The translations under genes and the position numbers were made by a program. The notes below the pieces were generated by a model. The model was not told where the DNA came from and searched no databases. It saw nothing but the letters and a program-made list of their open reading frames with translations. From Geotalea daltonii FRC-32 (GTDB lineage Bacteria > Desulfobacterota > Desulfuromonadia > Geobacterales > Geobacteraceae), in assembly GCF_000022265.1 (NCBI RefSeq), contig NC_011979.1, positions 1,200,001 through 1,232,000 on the forward strand: a DNA stretch of 32,000 nucleotides, written 5' to 3'. Positions 15,991-25,787 of the stretch are shown here, one piece after another; position 1 is the stretch's first letter, and each line of letters begins with the position of its first letter.

Positions 15991-17901
15991 ATGAGCAAAG
16001 TTATAGGAATAGACCTGGGAACCACCAACTCCTGCGTCGCAATCATGGAGGGTGGCGAACCCATTGTTATAGCCAATGCCGAAGGAAGCCGCACAACCCC
16101 TTCAATGGTGGCAATCACCGACAGCGGTGAGCGTCTGGTCGGCCAGCAGGCCAAGCGCCAGGCTGTAACCAACCCGGAGAACACCCTCTTTGCCATAAAG
16201 CGTCTCATTGGCCGCAAGTTCGAATCGGAGGCGGTGAAAAAAGACATTGCCATCTCTCCCTTCAAGATCGTCAAGGCCGATAATGCCGACGCCTGGGTGG
16301 AGGTACGGGGGCAGAAGTATTCACCTCCCGAGATTTCAGCCATGGTACTGCAGAAAATGAAGAAGACCGCCGAGGATTACCTGGGTGAGACGGTGACCGA
16401 TGCGGTCATTACCGTACCGGCGTATTTCGACGACTCCCAGCGCCAGGCCACCAAGGATGCCGGCAAGATCGCCGGCCTGAACGTGCTGCGTATCATTAAC
16501 GAGCCGACTGCGGCCGCTCTTGCCTATGGCCTTGACAAGAAGAAGGACGAGAAAATTGCCGTTTTCGACCTGGGTGGCGGTACTTTCGATATTTCCATTC
16601 TTGAACTGGGTGAAGGGGTTTTCGAGGTCAAGTCCACCAATGGGGATACATTCCTGGGAGGTGAGGATTTCGACCAGAACGTCATCGACTGGATTGCTGA
16701 CGAATTCAAGAAGGATCAGGGTATCGACCTCAGGAACGACAAAATGGCACTGCAGCGTCTGAAAGAGGCTGCGGAGAAAGCCAAGTGCGAGCTTTCTTCC
16801 TCCATGGAGACCGATATCAACCTGCCGTTCATCACCGCTGATGCCAGCGGTCCAAAGCATCTCAACCTGAAGCTTACCCGTGCAAAACTGGAAGCGATCT
16901 GCGCCAATCTCATCGACAAGCTGGAAGGCCCGTGCCGTACCGCCCTCAAGGATGCGGGGCTTTCTCCAAGCGACATCGACGAGGTGATTCTGGTCGGCGG
17001 CATGACCCGTATGCCAATCGTTCAGAAAAGAGTCCAGGACATCTTCGGCAAGGTGCCCAACCGGGGTGTCAATCCTGACGAAGTTGTGGCCATAGGTGCT
17101 GCTATCCAGGGTGGAGTGCTCAAGGGTGACGTGAAGGACGTGCTGCTTCTGGACGTAACGCCACTTTCCCTGGGTATCGAAACCTTGGGCGGGGTTATGA
17201 CCAGGCTGATCGAGAAGAACTCCACCATTCCCTGCCGCAAGAGCCAGATCTTCTCCACTGCCGCCGATAACCAGCCGGCAGTGAGCATCCATGTGCTCCA
17301 GGGTGAAAGGGAAATGGCCGGCGACAACAAGACCCTCGGCAACTTTGAATTGACCGGCATTCCCGCCGCACCCCGCGGTGTACCCCAGATCGAGGTCACT
17401 TTCGACATCGACGCCAACGGCATCGTTCACGTTTCGGCTAAGGACCTGGGCACCGGCAAGGAGCAGTCGATCCGCATCACCGCATCTTCCGGCCTTTCCA
17501 AGGAAGAGATCGACAAGATGGTTCGCGAGGCAGAATCACATGCCTCAGAGGACAAGAAGAAGAGAGAACTCATCGAAGCCCGCAACCAGGCCGACAGCCT
17601 TGTCTATTCAACGGAGAAGTCCCTCAGCGAGTTCGGCGACAAGATCGATGCTGCCGAGAAACAGAAAATCGAGGAGGGTCTGGCTGCCCTGAAAAAGGCC
17701 ATGGAAGGCAACGACGCTGATGCCATAAAGAAGGCGAGCGACGAATTGATGCAGGCTTCCCATAAACTTGCCGAGGCAGTTTACGCCAAGGCCCAGCCCG
17801 CCGGCGAGGAACAGGCTGGTGCTGCAGCCCACGAAGGTGAGGCAAAAGGGGAAAAGGTCGTCGATGCCGACTTCGAGGAAGTGAAGGAAGACAAGAAATA
17901 A
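15991..17901 (+). CDS. dnaK: molecular chaperone DnaK (Hsp70)
   Basis: [29 protein letters not shown] and [23 protein letters not shown]. Confidence 0.98.
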   Translation: MSKVIGIDLGTTNSCVAIMEGGEPIVIANAEGSRTTPSMVAITDSGERLVGQQAKRQAVTNPENTLFAIKRLIGRKFESEAVKKDIAISPFKIVKADNADAWVEVRGQKYSPPEISAMVLQKMKKTAEDYLGETVTDAVITVPAYFDDSQRQATKDAGKIAGLNVLRIINEPTAAALAYGLDKKKDEKIAVFDLGGGTFDISILELGEGVFEVKSTNGDTFLGGEDFDQNVIDWIADEFKKDQGIDLRNDKMALQRLKEAAEKAKCELSSSMETDINLPFITADASGPKHLNLKLTRAKLEAICANLIDKLEGPCRTALKDAGLSPSDIDEVILVGGMTRMPIVQKRVQDIFGKVPNRGVNPDEVVAIGAAIQGGVLKGDVKDVLLLDVTPLSLGIETLGGVMTRLIEKNSTIPCRKSQIFSTAADNQPAVSIHVLQGEREMAGDNKTLGNFELTGIPAAPRGVPQIEVTFDIDANGIVHVSAKDLGTGKEQSIRITASSGLSKEEIDKMVREAESHASEDKKKRELIEARNQADSLVYSTEKSLSEFGDKIDAAEKQKIEEGLAALKKAMEGNDADAIKKASDELMQASHKLAEAVYAKAQPAGEEQAGAAAHEGEAKGEKVVDADFEEVKEDKK

Positions 17902-17929
17902 ACCGGCTGCGACCTGCCGGGTTTAAAAA

Positions 17930-17956
17930 TAGGGGCGACGCTTGCGTTCGCCCCTA
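17930..17956 (+). terminator. stem-loop downstream of dnaK (possible terminator, poor U-tail)
   Basis: TAGGGGCGA-cgcttgcgt-TCGCCCCTA forms a 9-bp stem, followed by tacgtattta. Confidence 0.4.
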
Positions 17957-17967
17957 TACGTATTTAT

Positions 17968-18166
17968 GAAAGGGCTCTTTTTCGCTCTGGCGCTGTCAAT
18001 CGGCGGTCTCGCCTGTGCGACGTACTCATCCCCCTTCTATCTTCCCCCCATAAGGGGGGATGCAAAGAATGCTCTCTCCCTCTGGGAGAGAGATAGAGAG
18101 AGAGAGGGTCCGTACGTCTCCGGGCAATCCCGGTTTTCTTGCCGGAACAAAAAATCTCTCCTTTCA
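17968..18166 (+). repeat. copy B of the duplicated intergenic module, interrupted by an 86-nt insertion (18026-18111)
   Basis: See findings 2 and 3. Confidence 0.8.
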
Positions 18167-18198
18167 AGGCTACTTAAAAAGGGAAAAGGAACGAAAAC

Positions 18199-19317
18199 TT
18201 GGCAAACGGTGATAAACGCGACTATTACGAGGTGCTGGAGGTAAACCGCAACGCCTCTGAAACCGAGATCAAGAAGGCATACCGGCGTCTGGCGATTCAG
18301 CATCACCCTGACAAAAATCCCGGGGACAAGGCGGCGGAAGACAGATTCAAGGAACTGACGGAAGCTTACGAAGTACTCTCCGACTCGCAGAAAAGGGCTA
18401 CCTATGATCAATTCGGCCATGCCGGCATGGCTGGGGGTGGATTTTCCTCCGGCGGCTTCGGTTTCGGAGCCGGTTCCCCCTTTGGTGACATCTTCGGTGA
18501 CATCTTTGGCGATGTCTTCGGCGGCAGGCCGCGCAGCCGCGGCAAGCGTGGAGATGACCTGCTCTATAACATGGAGATAACCTTTGAAGAGGCTGCCTTC
18601 GGCGTCGAGAAGAAGGTAGAGGTTCCCTATGCCAAGCGTTGCGAAAGCTGCGGCGGCAGCGGCGCCAAAGTCGGTACCGAGCCTAAAACTTGTCCTACCT
18701 GCCGAGGTGCCGGCCAGGTCCGCTTTCAGCAGGGCTTCTTCAGCGTCAGTAAAACCTGTAGCCATTGTAACGGGGAAGGGAAAGTGGTGGACAATCCCTG
18801 TCCCGATTGCCGGGGAGCCGGAACGGTAAGGGATAAGAAGACTTTGTCGGTGAAGGTTCCGGCCGGGGTCGAAACTGGCAATCGGCTCAAGCTTTCCGGC
18901 GAGGGGGGGCAAGGCTCCAAGGGGGGCTCAAACGGCGACCTGTATGTGGCCCTTGCCGTCAGGGAACATCCCATATTCAAGCGGGAAAACAACGACGTCG
19001 TTTGCGAGATCCCCATCAGCTACACTCAGGCTGCACTGGGCTGCGAGTTGGAAATTCCCACCCTGGACGGCAAGGCCAATCTGAAAATACCGGAGGGTAC
19101 CCAATCGGGCAAGCTGTTCCGCATTCGTGGCAAGGGGATTCAGGTGCTGCAGGGATACGGCAGGGGAGATCACCTGGTCATAATCAAGGTGGAAACGCCG
19201 ACCAATCTGACCAAGCAGCAAAAGGAACTGTTGGAAGAGTTTGCCAGGATCAGCGGCGAGGATGTGAACCCCATGCGGAAAAACTTCTTCTCCAAGGTTA
19301 TGGACCTGCTCCATTGA
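18199..19317 (+). CDS. dnaJ: molecular chaperone DnaJ (J domain, G/F region, four CxxCxGxG zinc fingers)
   Basis: TTG start giving (M)[20 protein letters not shown], a [11 protein letters not shown] region, and [24 protein letters not shown] and CPDCRGAG. Confidence 0.95.
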   Translation: MANGDKRDYYEVLEVNRNASETEIKKAYRRLAIQHHPDKNPGDKAAEDRFKELTEAYEVLSDSQKRATYDQFGHAGMAGGGFSSGGFGFGAGSPFGDIFGDIFGDVFGGRPRSRGKRGDDLLYNMEITFEEAAFGVEKKVEVPYAKRCESCGGSGAKVGTEPKTCPTCRGAGQVRFQQGFFSVSKTCSHCNGEGKVVDNPCPDCRGAGTVRDKKTLSVKVPAGVETGNRLKLSGEGGQGSKGGSNGDLYVALAVREHPIFKRENNDVVCEIPISYTQAALGCELEIPTLDGKANLKIPEGTQSGKLFRIRGKGIQVLQGYGRGDHLVIIKVETPTNLTKQQKELLEEFARISGEDVNPMRKNFFSKVMDLLH

Positions 19318-19349
19318 ACGGCGTAAGGGGAATCGGCATCAGATCAGGG

Positions 19350-19880
19350 ATGGCTGTGGCGGTTTTCGCCATGGCCATTCTTTGTCTAACTCCTTTGTCG
19401 ACAAATGCCGGTGGCAGTCATACGGCCAGCACCACCCTGCTGCGTAATCAGGAGTATGGCGATGCCCTGGTGAAAGGCCTCAGGGATGCCCGCCGTAGTG
19501 TTATCTGTTCCTTTTACCTGTTCAAGGTCACCGAAGCGCGCAACAATCGACCGAGAACCATCGTTGCCGAGCTGATCAAGGCTGCCCGGCGCGGCGTGGA
19601 TGTAACAGTTATCCTGGAAACGAGCAATGATCTGAAAGACAAGCTCAATGATGAAAACCGAAAGACAGCGGCTCTTCTTACCAAAGGGGGAGTCAAGGTC
19701 TTCTTCGATCTGCCCGGCGTAACCAGCCATCTTAAAACTGCCGTCATAGACAGCCGTTATGTTTTTATCGGCAGCCACAACCTTACCCAAAGCGCCCTGC
19801 AGTACAATAACGAACTTTCGGTCATGATCGATTCTCCTGAGATGGCAGCGGAGATCAAAACATACCTGAACCGCCTCTAG
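19350..19880 (+). CDS. secreted phospholipase D / Nuc-like single-HKD protein
   Basis: The likely start is ATG 19350, giving the signal-like N-terminus MAVAVFAMAILCLTPLSTNAGG. There is one HxKxxxxD motif (HLKTAVIDSRYVFIGSHNLT). About 176 aa. The upstream part of track ORF 19002..19880 overlaps dnaJ. Confidence 0.8.
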   Translation: MAVAVFAMAILCLTPLSTNAGGSHTASTTLLRNQEYGDALVKGLRDARRSVICSFYLFKVTEARNNRPRTIVAELIKAARRGVDVTVILETSNDLKDKLNDENRKTAALLTKGGVKVFFDLPGVTSHLKTAVIDSRYVFIGSHNLTQSALQYNNELSVMIDSPEMAAEIKTYLNRL

Positions 19881-19933
19881 ACTTACAACCTCCAGCCATA
19901 CCCTTCCACCGCCAGCTGTGCCGATAAAAATAC

Positions 19934-19960
19934 TTGCTTTACCCTATTAAGTGGTATACT
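19934..19960 (+). promoter_or_regulatory. candidate promoter TTGCTT-15 nt-(TGg)TATACT upstream of larB
   Basis: -35 at 19934-19939. Extended -10 TGGTATACT at 19952-19960. The spacer is short. Confidence 0.3.
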
Positions 19961-20016
19961 TCCACCGTCAATTTTCCACTTCATGTCAAACAGCTAACCA
20001 ATAGCCAAGGCCAACT

Positions 20017-20781
20017 ATGGATAGAGCCGAATTGAAACTCCTGCTGCAAAAGGTGAAAGAAAATCGAATCAATGTTGATGAGGCGCTGAAGTGCCTCAGG
20101 CACCTGCCATACGAGGAACTGGATTGCGCGACGGTGGATCATCACCGCGCCCTGCGCCAGGGCTTTCCCGAGGTAATTTTTGGTGAAAGCAAAACGGTGG
20201 GGCAGATGGAGCAGATTATCATGGCTCTCCTGGGCAAAGGGAACAATGTCCTGGCAACGCGGGTTGATGGAGAAAAGGGGGCGGCGCTGATGCACAAATT
20301 CCCGGTGGCCAGTTATCACAGGGAATCGCGCTGCCTGACCATCGAGCAGAAGCCGGTGGAGGCCAAGGGGAGGGGCAAGATCGTCGTCATTTCTGCCGGC
20401 ACCTCCGACATGCCGGTTGCCGGGGAAGCTGTGATAACAGCACGGATTATGGGCAACGAAGTAGAAACGCTCTTCGATGTGGGGGTGGCTGGGCTGCACC
20501 GGTTGCTAGCCAGGAAGGAATTGCTTTTCTCCGCTTCGGTGATCATCGTCGTCGCCGGCATGGAAGGGGCACTCCCTTCCGTTGTCGGTGGTCTGGTGGA
20601 CAAGCCGGTCATTGCCGTTCCCACGTCTGTCGGCTACGGGGCATCCTTCGGCGGAGTCGCAGCCCTGCTTGGCATGCTCAACTCCTGTGCTGCCGGGGTA
20701 ACGGTGGTCAATATCGACAACGGCTTCGGCGCTGCCTATGCTGCCAGTCTCATAAACAGGGAATCCTCTTCTACAATATAA
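20017..20781 (+). CDS. larB: nickel-pincer cofactor biosynthesis protein LarB (PurE-like NaAD carboxylase/hydrolase)
   Basis: [47 protein letters not shown] and [11 protein letters not shown]. Confidence 0.9.
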   Translation: MDRAELKLLLQKVKENRINVDEALKCLRHLPYEELDCATVDHHRALRQGFPEVIFGESKTVGQMEQIIMALLGKGNNVLATRVDGEKGAALMHKFPVASYHRESRCLTIEQKPVEAKGRGKIVVISAGTSDMPVAGEAVITARIMGNEVETLFDVGVAGLHRLLARKELLFSASVIIVVAGMEGALPSVVGGLVDKPVIAVPTSVGYGASFGGVAALLGMLNSCAAGVTVVNIDNGFGAAYAASLINRESSSTI

Positions 20782-20795
20782 CTACGGAGAATGGC

Positions 20796-21968
20796 TTGAA
20801 GGTTTTGTTTTTCGATTGTTTTGCCGGGATTGCCGGGGATATGACGGTGGCTGCGATGGTTGAGCTGGGCCTGCCCCTTGAACATCTACGCCGGGAGCTT
20901 GCCCGGCTGGGCCTGCCTGCCTCCACCTATGAACTGGCTGTGGAACCGGTCAGGAGAAAGGGGGTCGCCGCCAGTCATTTTGAAGTGCGGGTTGAGCAGG
21001 ATCAGCCCCACCGCCATTATGCAGACATAGCTGCCATGATCGATGGAAGCTCTCTTGCTGCGACGGTAAAGGACAAGGCGCAGCGTATCTTCCGCCGAAT
21101 TGCTGAAGCAGAGGCGAAGGTGCATGGCATGGAGATAGGCCATGTGCACTTTCACGAGGTTGGTGCCGTCGATTCCATTATCGATATTGTTGGAGCTGCC
21201 ATTGGTCTCGATTACCTGGGGATTGAGGCGGTCTATGTCTCGCCACTCCCCTTGGGGAGCGGCTATATCGAAACGGCCCATGGCAGGCTTCCGGTACCTG
21301 CACCGGCAACGGCAGAGCTTCTCAAAGGTCTTCCTGTCCATGGCAATATCGGCTCCGGTGAACGGGTCACTCCCACCGGCGCGGCCATTGTTGCTGCCCT
21401 GGGCACTGCCTTTGGCAGTCACCCCCCCATGGAAATCAGGTCCATCGGCTATGGGGCCGGCAGCAAGGATTTTGCAGACATGCCGAACCTGTTGCGCCTG
21501 GTTTTGGGGGAGACTGCAGAAACTCTGCAGCGGGACGAAATCGTTGTGCTTGAAACAAATATCGACGATATGAACCCGGAACTCCTCGGCTTCCTCATGG
21601 AGCGTCTTTTTGAAAAGGGGGCACTGGATGTAACCTTTTCTCCGCTGCAGATGAAGAAAAACCGGCCGGGAACCCTAGTTACGGTCATTACCCCCTGTGC
21701 CAAACGCGATGAACTGGCACGGCTTATCCTGTCAGAATCAACAGCTATTGGTGTCCGCTATTACCCTGCGCAGCGGCTGATCCTTTCACGAACCGTCGAG
21801 GAACGGCTGACCAGCCTGGGGCCGGTGAAAGTCAAGGTGGTCACGGATGATGCCCTGCTCAGGCGTGTGGTGCCCGAGTTCGAGGAATGCCGGCGTCTTA
21901 CCGCGGAAAAGGGCCTGCCGCTCATGGATGTCTACCGCATAGTCGAACGCGAGGTGGCGGGAACATGA
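20796..21968 (+). CDS. larC: nickel insertion protein LarC (DUF111 family)
   Basis: TTG start with GGAGA 6 nt upstream. (M)KVLFFDCFAGIAGDM, VHFHEVGAVDSIIDIVG, PVPAPATAELL and ETNIDDMNPE. Confidence 0.9.
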   Translation: MKVLFFDCFAGIAGDMTVAAMVELGLPLEHLRRELARLGLPASTYELAVEPVRRKGVAASHFEVRVEQDQPHRHYADIAAMIDGSSLAATVKDKAQRIFRRIAEAEAKVHGMEIGHVHFHEVGAVDSIIDIVGAAIGLDYLGIEAVYVSPLPLGSGYIETAHGRLPVPAPATAELLKGLPVHGNIGSGERVTPTGAAIVAALGTAFGSHPPMEIRSIGYGAGSKDFADMPNLLRLVLGETAETLQRDEIVVLETNIDDMNPELLGFLMERLFEKGALDVTFSPLQMKKNRPGTLVTVITPCAKRDELARLILSESTAIGVRYYPAQRLILSRTVEERLTSLGPVKVKVVTDDALLRRVVPEFEECRRLTAEKGLPLMDVYRIVEREVAGT

Positions 21969-22414
21969 GGCGCTTTGTCATCCTTTCCGCAACCTGGTTC
22001 GGTACCGGCTTCAGCCCTGTGGCCTCGGGTACGGTCGGTACCCTGGCTGCCATCCCCCTTTATCTGGTCCTGGCCAGGCTGTCGCTTCCCCTTTATCTGC
22101 TCACCTTGCTGGGCTTTTTCTTCTATGCCTGCTGGGCTTCGGACCGGGCGGAGGTTATTTTTGGTGAGAAGGATTCGGGAAAGATCGTCATTGACGAGGT
22201 TATCGGCTTTCTCATTACAATGACCGGCGTCCCCTGCAGCTGGCAAGGAATTGTTGCAGGCTTTTTCCTGTTTCGCTTTTTCGATATCACCAAGATTCCG
22301 CCGGCCCGCTTCTTCGACCGCCGGGTGAAAAACGGTTACGGCGTGGTGCTGGATGACGTGGTGGCCGGTATTTATGCTGCCATTGTCCTGCATCTGCTGC
22401 TGAGGTTCATGTGA
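21965..22414 (+). CDS. pgpA: phosphatidylglycerophosphatase A
   Basis: MRRFVILSATWFGTGFSPVASGTVGTLAAIPLY and DEVIGF. Its ATG overlaps the larC stop (ATGA). Confidence 0.9.
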   Translation: MRRFVILSATWFGTGFSPVASGTVGTLAAIPLYLVLARLSLPLYLLTLLGFFFYACWASDRAEVIFGEKDSGKIVIDEVIGFLITMTGVPCSWQGIVAGFFLFRFFDITKIPPARFFDRRVKNGYGVVLDDVVAGIYAAIVLHLLLRFM

Positions 22415-23652
22415 GAGCTGCCATTCTTTCCATCGGTGATGAACTGCTTCTGGGAGAGGTGGTGGATACTAATGCCTCCACTATTGCGGCGCGGCTTTAT
22501 AATCTGGGAGTCAACCTGCCGCTGCAGATGACGGTGGGGGACAACATCCAGGATATTGTCGAAGCCTGCCAGCTGCTGGCAGGGAAGAGTGATACCGTTA
22601 TCGTCACCGGCGGCCTTGGTCCTACGGTGGATGATGTCACAGCCCTGGCTGCGGCAAAGCTTGCCGGTTCACCCCTGGAACCGAACCGGGAGGCGCTGGC
22701 TCATCTGAAAGATTTTGCCGAAAGAGTGGCAGAAAAGCTGCACCCGGCAAATGACAAGCAGTCGCTGATGCCGGCGAGCGCCAAGGTGATACCTAACTTG
22801 GTGGGTACCGCCTGCGGCTTCTCGCTGGTCCATGACGGCTGCAGATTTTTTTTCCTCCCCGGTGTTCCCGGCGAGATGGTCTCCATGCTCGATGAAACGG
22901 TGCTGCCGGCACTTGCTTCCTCCGGCAGGCACAAGATATTGCGGTCAAAAGTGTTCAAGGTTTCAGGTATATCCGAAGCAGAACTAGATGCGATGTTGCA
23001 GGGGGTGACGGAAGGTTTTGCCGCGGCCTCCATTGCCTTCTGCGTCAATTTTCCGGAAATTGAGGTAAAGATCAGGGTGGTGGCGGACGAAAAGCTAACT
23101 GCCGACAAAATTATCGCCATTGTCGGTGACAAGACCAGGAACATTTTGGGCAGCCGCGTTTTTGCCGAGGATGGCGAAACCATCGACACGGTGGTGGCCG
23201 GTCTTTTCAAAAAAACAGGAGCTACCCTGTCCCTGGCCGAATCCTGCACTGGCGGCCTCATTGCCAAACGCATTACCGACCTTTCCGGAAGTTCGGCATA
23301 TTTTCTCGAAGGTCTTGTTACTTACAGCAACCGGGCCAAAATCGATCTGTTGGGCGTTCCCGCGCAACTTCTGGAAGAAAAAGGTGCAGTCAGTGCCGAG
23401 GTGGCAATGGCAATGGCTCGTGGAGCAAGGGAAAAATCCGGCAGTGATCTTGCCCTTGCCGTTACAGGTATCGCCGGTCCCGAGGGAGGCTCAGCGGAAA
23501 AGCCCGTCGGCACGGTTTTCATGGCACTTGCCGGCCAAGAGCAATGCCGGGTCAGGCTTTTTAATTTTCATGGTGACCGGGAGCAGGTTCGCCTGGTCAC
23601 TTCGTTTGCCGCCCTTAACTGGCTGCGAAGGGAGCTGCTCGCCCGGCCATAA
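22411..23652 (+). CDS. cinA: CinA: competence/damage-inducible protein with MoCF-type N-domain and PncC-type NMN deamidase C-domain
   Basis: The GTG start overlaps the pgpA stop (GTGA). (M)RAAILSIGDELLLGEVVDTNAS, VIVTGGLGPTVDD, and the C-domain motifs AESCTGGL and TGIAGPEGG. Confidence 0.9.
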   Translation: MRAAILSIGDELLLGEVVDTNASTIAARLYNLGVNLPLQMTVGDNIQDIVEACQLLAGKSDTVIVTGGLGPTVDDVTALAAAKLAGSPLEPNREALAHLKDFAERVAEKLHPANDKQSLMPASAKVIPNLVGTACGFSLVHDGCRFFFLPGVPGEMVSMLDETVLPALASSGRHKILRSKVFKVSGISEAELDAMLQGVTEGFAAASIAFCVNFPEIEVKIRVVADEKLTADKIIAIVGDKTRNILGSRVFAEDGETIDTVVAGLFKKTGATLSLAESCTGGLIAKRITDLSGSSAYFLEGLVTYSNRAKIDLLGVPAQLLEEKGAVSAEVAMAMARGAREKSGSDLALAVTGIAGPEGGSAEKPVGTVFMALAGQEQCRVRLFNFHGDREQVRLVTSFAALNWLRRELLARP

Positions 23653-23687
23653 CAAGCAACAACATGCAGCACGATGACAGGTGGATC

Positions 23688-25787
23688 ATGACGTCTGCCA
23701 GAAAAAAAACCGCTGTTAAAATCCTCATCCTCTCCATCGGACTGATGCTCTCGGGGCTCATTGCCGAGGCACTCCTTCCCGCCGCCGTTTTTTCACCCCT
23801 TCTTCACCTGGCTGTTGTCGTTCTGCTGGCGGTTTCGCTCGTCATCCTCAAGGTAGCTGGGGGGACAACGAGAACCCACAGGGAAAGTGAATACTCCCAT
23901 GAACTGCAGGAAATGCAGCGGGAGGTGGACAAGACCATCCGTCGCTACAAAAGTCTTCTTGAAGGGGCCGGCAATGCCATCTTTGTCTTCAATGCAGACA
24001 GCGGCATTCTGGAAGAGGTTAACCGAAAAGGGTGTGAACTCCTCGGCTTCAGCAAGGAGGAAATGGCCGCCATGCGCGGCAAGGATCTGGTGCTTGAGGA
24101 TGAGCAAGGAAAATTCACCTTGATGGTCTACCGGGTGAAGCGCCGTGGCCGGGCCCATTCCGACGGCATTACCTTCAAAAAGAGCGACGGCTCTTCCTTC
24201 CTTGGCGAGATAGATGCCCGGCTGATCGATCTGGGAGATGAAAATTTGGTTCATGTCATCGTACGCGATGTTACCTACAGGCATCGGGCAAAGCTGGAGA
24301 TCCAACAACGGAACAGAGAATTATCAATTCTCAATAATATTCTGGCCGGTACCCAGACTTCCGACCTGCAGACGGTACTTGAAACAACCATCAAGGAGAC
24401 TCTGGAAATATTCTCTGCCGAGGGGGGCACCATCCACCTTCTGGAAGACGACGGGAAGAGCCAGGTGTTGGCTGCTTCAATCAACATCTCTCCGGAACTT
24501 AATGCGAAATTGGCCCATAATAAATTGCAATGCGCATCGGACTGCCGCCTGTCGTCAGTTCAGCGTTGCCATGTGCTGAACTCTCTGGAGGAATTTCCAT
24601 GCCACATCGCCATGGCCGCAGCGGAGGAAGGTTGGCAGTGCATCACGGCGGCGCCCCTGGTGGCGAAAACGGACCTGATCGGCATCATGCATATCCTGAC
24701 CCGCGCGGAGCAGCATTATACCACAGAGGAATTGCGATTTCTGAGCACCATGGGAAGCCAGATCGGCATAGTTATAGAGCAGTCCCGGCTTTTCAGCGAA
24801 CTGAACTGGAAGAACGAGGAACTGCTCCGCTCCCATCGCCTGCTGGAAAAAAGCAGCAACAAACTGGCCGTTTCCCAGAATCGGTTGAGGAAGAATCTGA
24901 CCCTTGTGGAACGGGCCAACGCGGAGCTGGAAAGATTCGACCGGATGAAAAGCCACTTTATCGGCATGATTTCCCATGAATTCAAAACTCCTCTTACCAG
25001 TGTCCTCGGTGGTGCCGAGTATCTCCTCAACCTGGACAACCGGGATCTGTCGGTGGAACAAAGGCGCATGCTGGAGATGATATACAATGGGGGCCATCGA
25101 CTGAACGAAATAGTCAGCGATCTCCTGACCGTTATAAAACTGGAAACCAGCGCTTCACCGGTAAAAAAAGTATCGTTGCAGCTGTCAGAGATTATCGAAA
25201 CCCTGCAGGAACAATTCAAGCCACTTCTCAATGAAAGGAAGCAGACCTTGAGTTTCCGTAACAAGGAAGCCCTTCCTTATTTTAATGGTGATCGTGAGTA
25301 TCTGGAGGAGGTTTTCAACGAACTGCTGGAGAATGCCATGAAATTTACCCCGGATGGCGGTGAAATCATCATCAAGGGACGAGTTGTCGACCGACAGGCT
25401 TTGGCAGAAAAGGCGGAACTGCTGATTCGCTTCAATCCCGGTTTTTACGAGCACCAGAGCGGCTCATGCTATCTTGAGGTGCAGGTGCAGGATTCGGGCA
25501 TCGGTATTAGGGTTGACGAGCAGCTGAAAATTTTCGACAAGTTCTATGAGGTGGGGGACATCAGGCACCATTCCAGCGGCAAACACAAGTTCCAAGGCAA
25601 GGGGACCGGTTTGGGACTGGCCATCGTCAAAGGGATGGTGGAAGCCCATGGCGGAATGGTGTGGGTCGAATCGTCGGCGGGATCAGGCAGCTCGTTCTTT
25701 TTGCTCCTGCCACTTGAGGAGATTCCAGGGCAGCCTACACTCCCCTTTGTTCAGCAGGAGGCCCTCCCCTTTTTAACAGGTCTTTGA
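23688..25787 (+). CDS. membrane sensor histidine kinase (TM - PAS - GAF - HisKA - HATPase_c), with no cognate regulator adjacent
   Basis: TM helices at the N-terminus. PAS (AGNAIFVFNADSGILEEVNRKGCELLGFSKEEM), a GAF-like region, the H-box SHFIGMISHEFKTPLT, the N-box ELLENAMKFTPDGG, and the G-boxes DSGIGI and GTGLGLAIV. The start is ATG 23688 (AGGTGG upstream) or ATG 23664. Confidence 0.85.
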   Translation: MTSARKKTAVKILILSIGLMLSGLIAEALLPAAVFSPLLHLAVVVLLAVSLVILKVAGGTTRTHRESEYSHELQEMQREVDKTIRRYKSLLEGAGNAIFVFNADSGILEEVNRKGCELLGFSKEEMAAMRGKDLVLEDEQGKFTLMVYRVKRRGRAHSDGITFKKSDGSSFLGEIDARLIDLGDENLVHVIVRDVTYRHRAKLEIQQRNRELSILNNILAGTQTSDLQTVLETTIKETLEIFSAEGGTIHLLEDDGKSQVLAASINISPELNAKLAHNKLQCASDCRLSSVQRCHVLNSLEEFPCHIAMAAAEEGWQCITAAPLVAKTDLIGIMHILTRAEQHYTTEELRFLSTMGSQIGIVIEQSRLFSELNWKNEELLRSHRLLEKSSNKLAVSQNRLRKNLTLVERANAELERFDRMKSHFIGMISHEFKTPLTSVLGGAEYLLNLDNRDLSVEQRRMLEMIYNGGHRLNEIVSDLLTVIKLETSASPVKKVSLQLSEIIETLQEQFKPLLNERKQTLSFRNKEALPYFNGDREYLEEVFNELLENAMKFTPDGGEIIIKGRVVDRQALAEKAELLIRFNPGFYEHQSGSCYLEVQVQDSGIGIRVDEQLKIFDKFYEVGDIRHHSSGKHKFQGKGTGLGLAIVKGMVEAHGGMVWVESSAGSGSSFFLLLPLEEIPGQPTLPFVQQEALPFLTGL

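Noticed and set aside
16336-17430. A 364-aa ORF antisense to dnaK. Similar long antisense ORFs are 14404..15285 (opposite hrcA), 11687..12601 (opposite the C-N hydrolase), 18037..18912 (opposite dnaJ), 25751..26440 (opposite recA), 3676..4467 and 2967..3707.
   Set aside because: Each lies fully opposite a gene with unmistakable family motifs. Their translations are low-complexity or Arg/Gly/Pro-rich with no recognisable domains. They look like the usual shadow ORFs of GC-rich coding DNA.
17942-18244. A possible small hydrophobic or lipoprotein-like peptide (MKGLFFALALSIGGLACATY...) in the dnaK-dnaJ spacer. The stretch KG[C/L]FFALA[A/L]SI[C/G]GL[T/A]CATY is also translatable in copy A (13862-13918).
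   Set aside because: - Copy A has no ATG, GTG or TTG start and no RBS in that frame.
- Copy B's ATG (17966) has no Shine-Dalgarno sequence.
- The 11 nucleotide differences are not clearly concentrated at third codon positions (5 of 11).
- The two copies fall into different frames after the inverted repeat, and the ORF runs into dnaJ.

Conservation is better explained at the nucleotide or RNA level.
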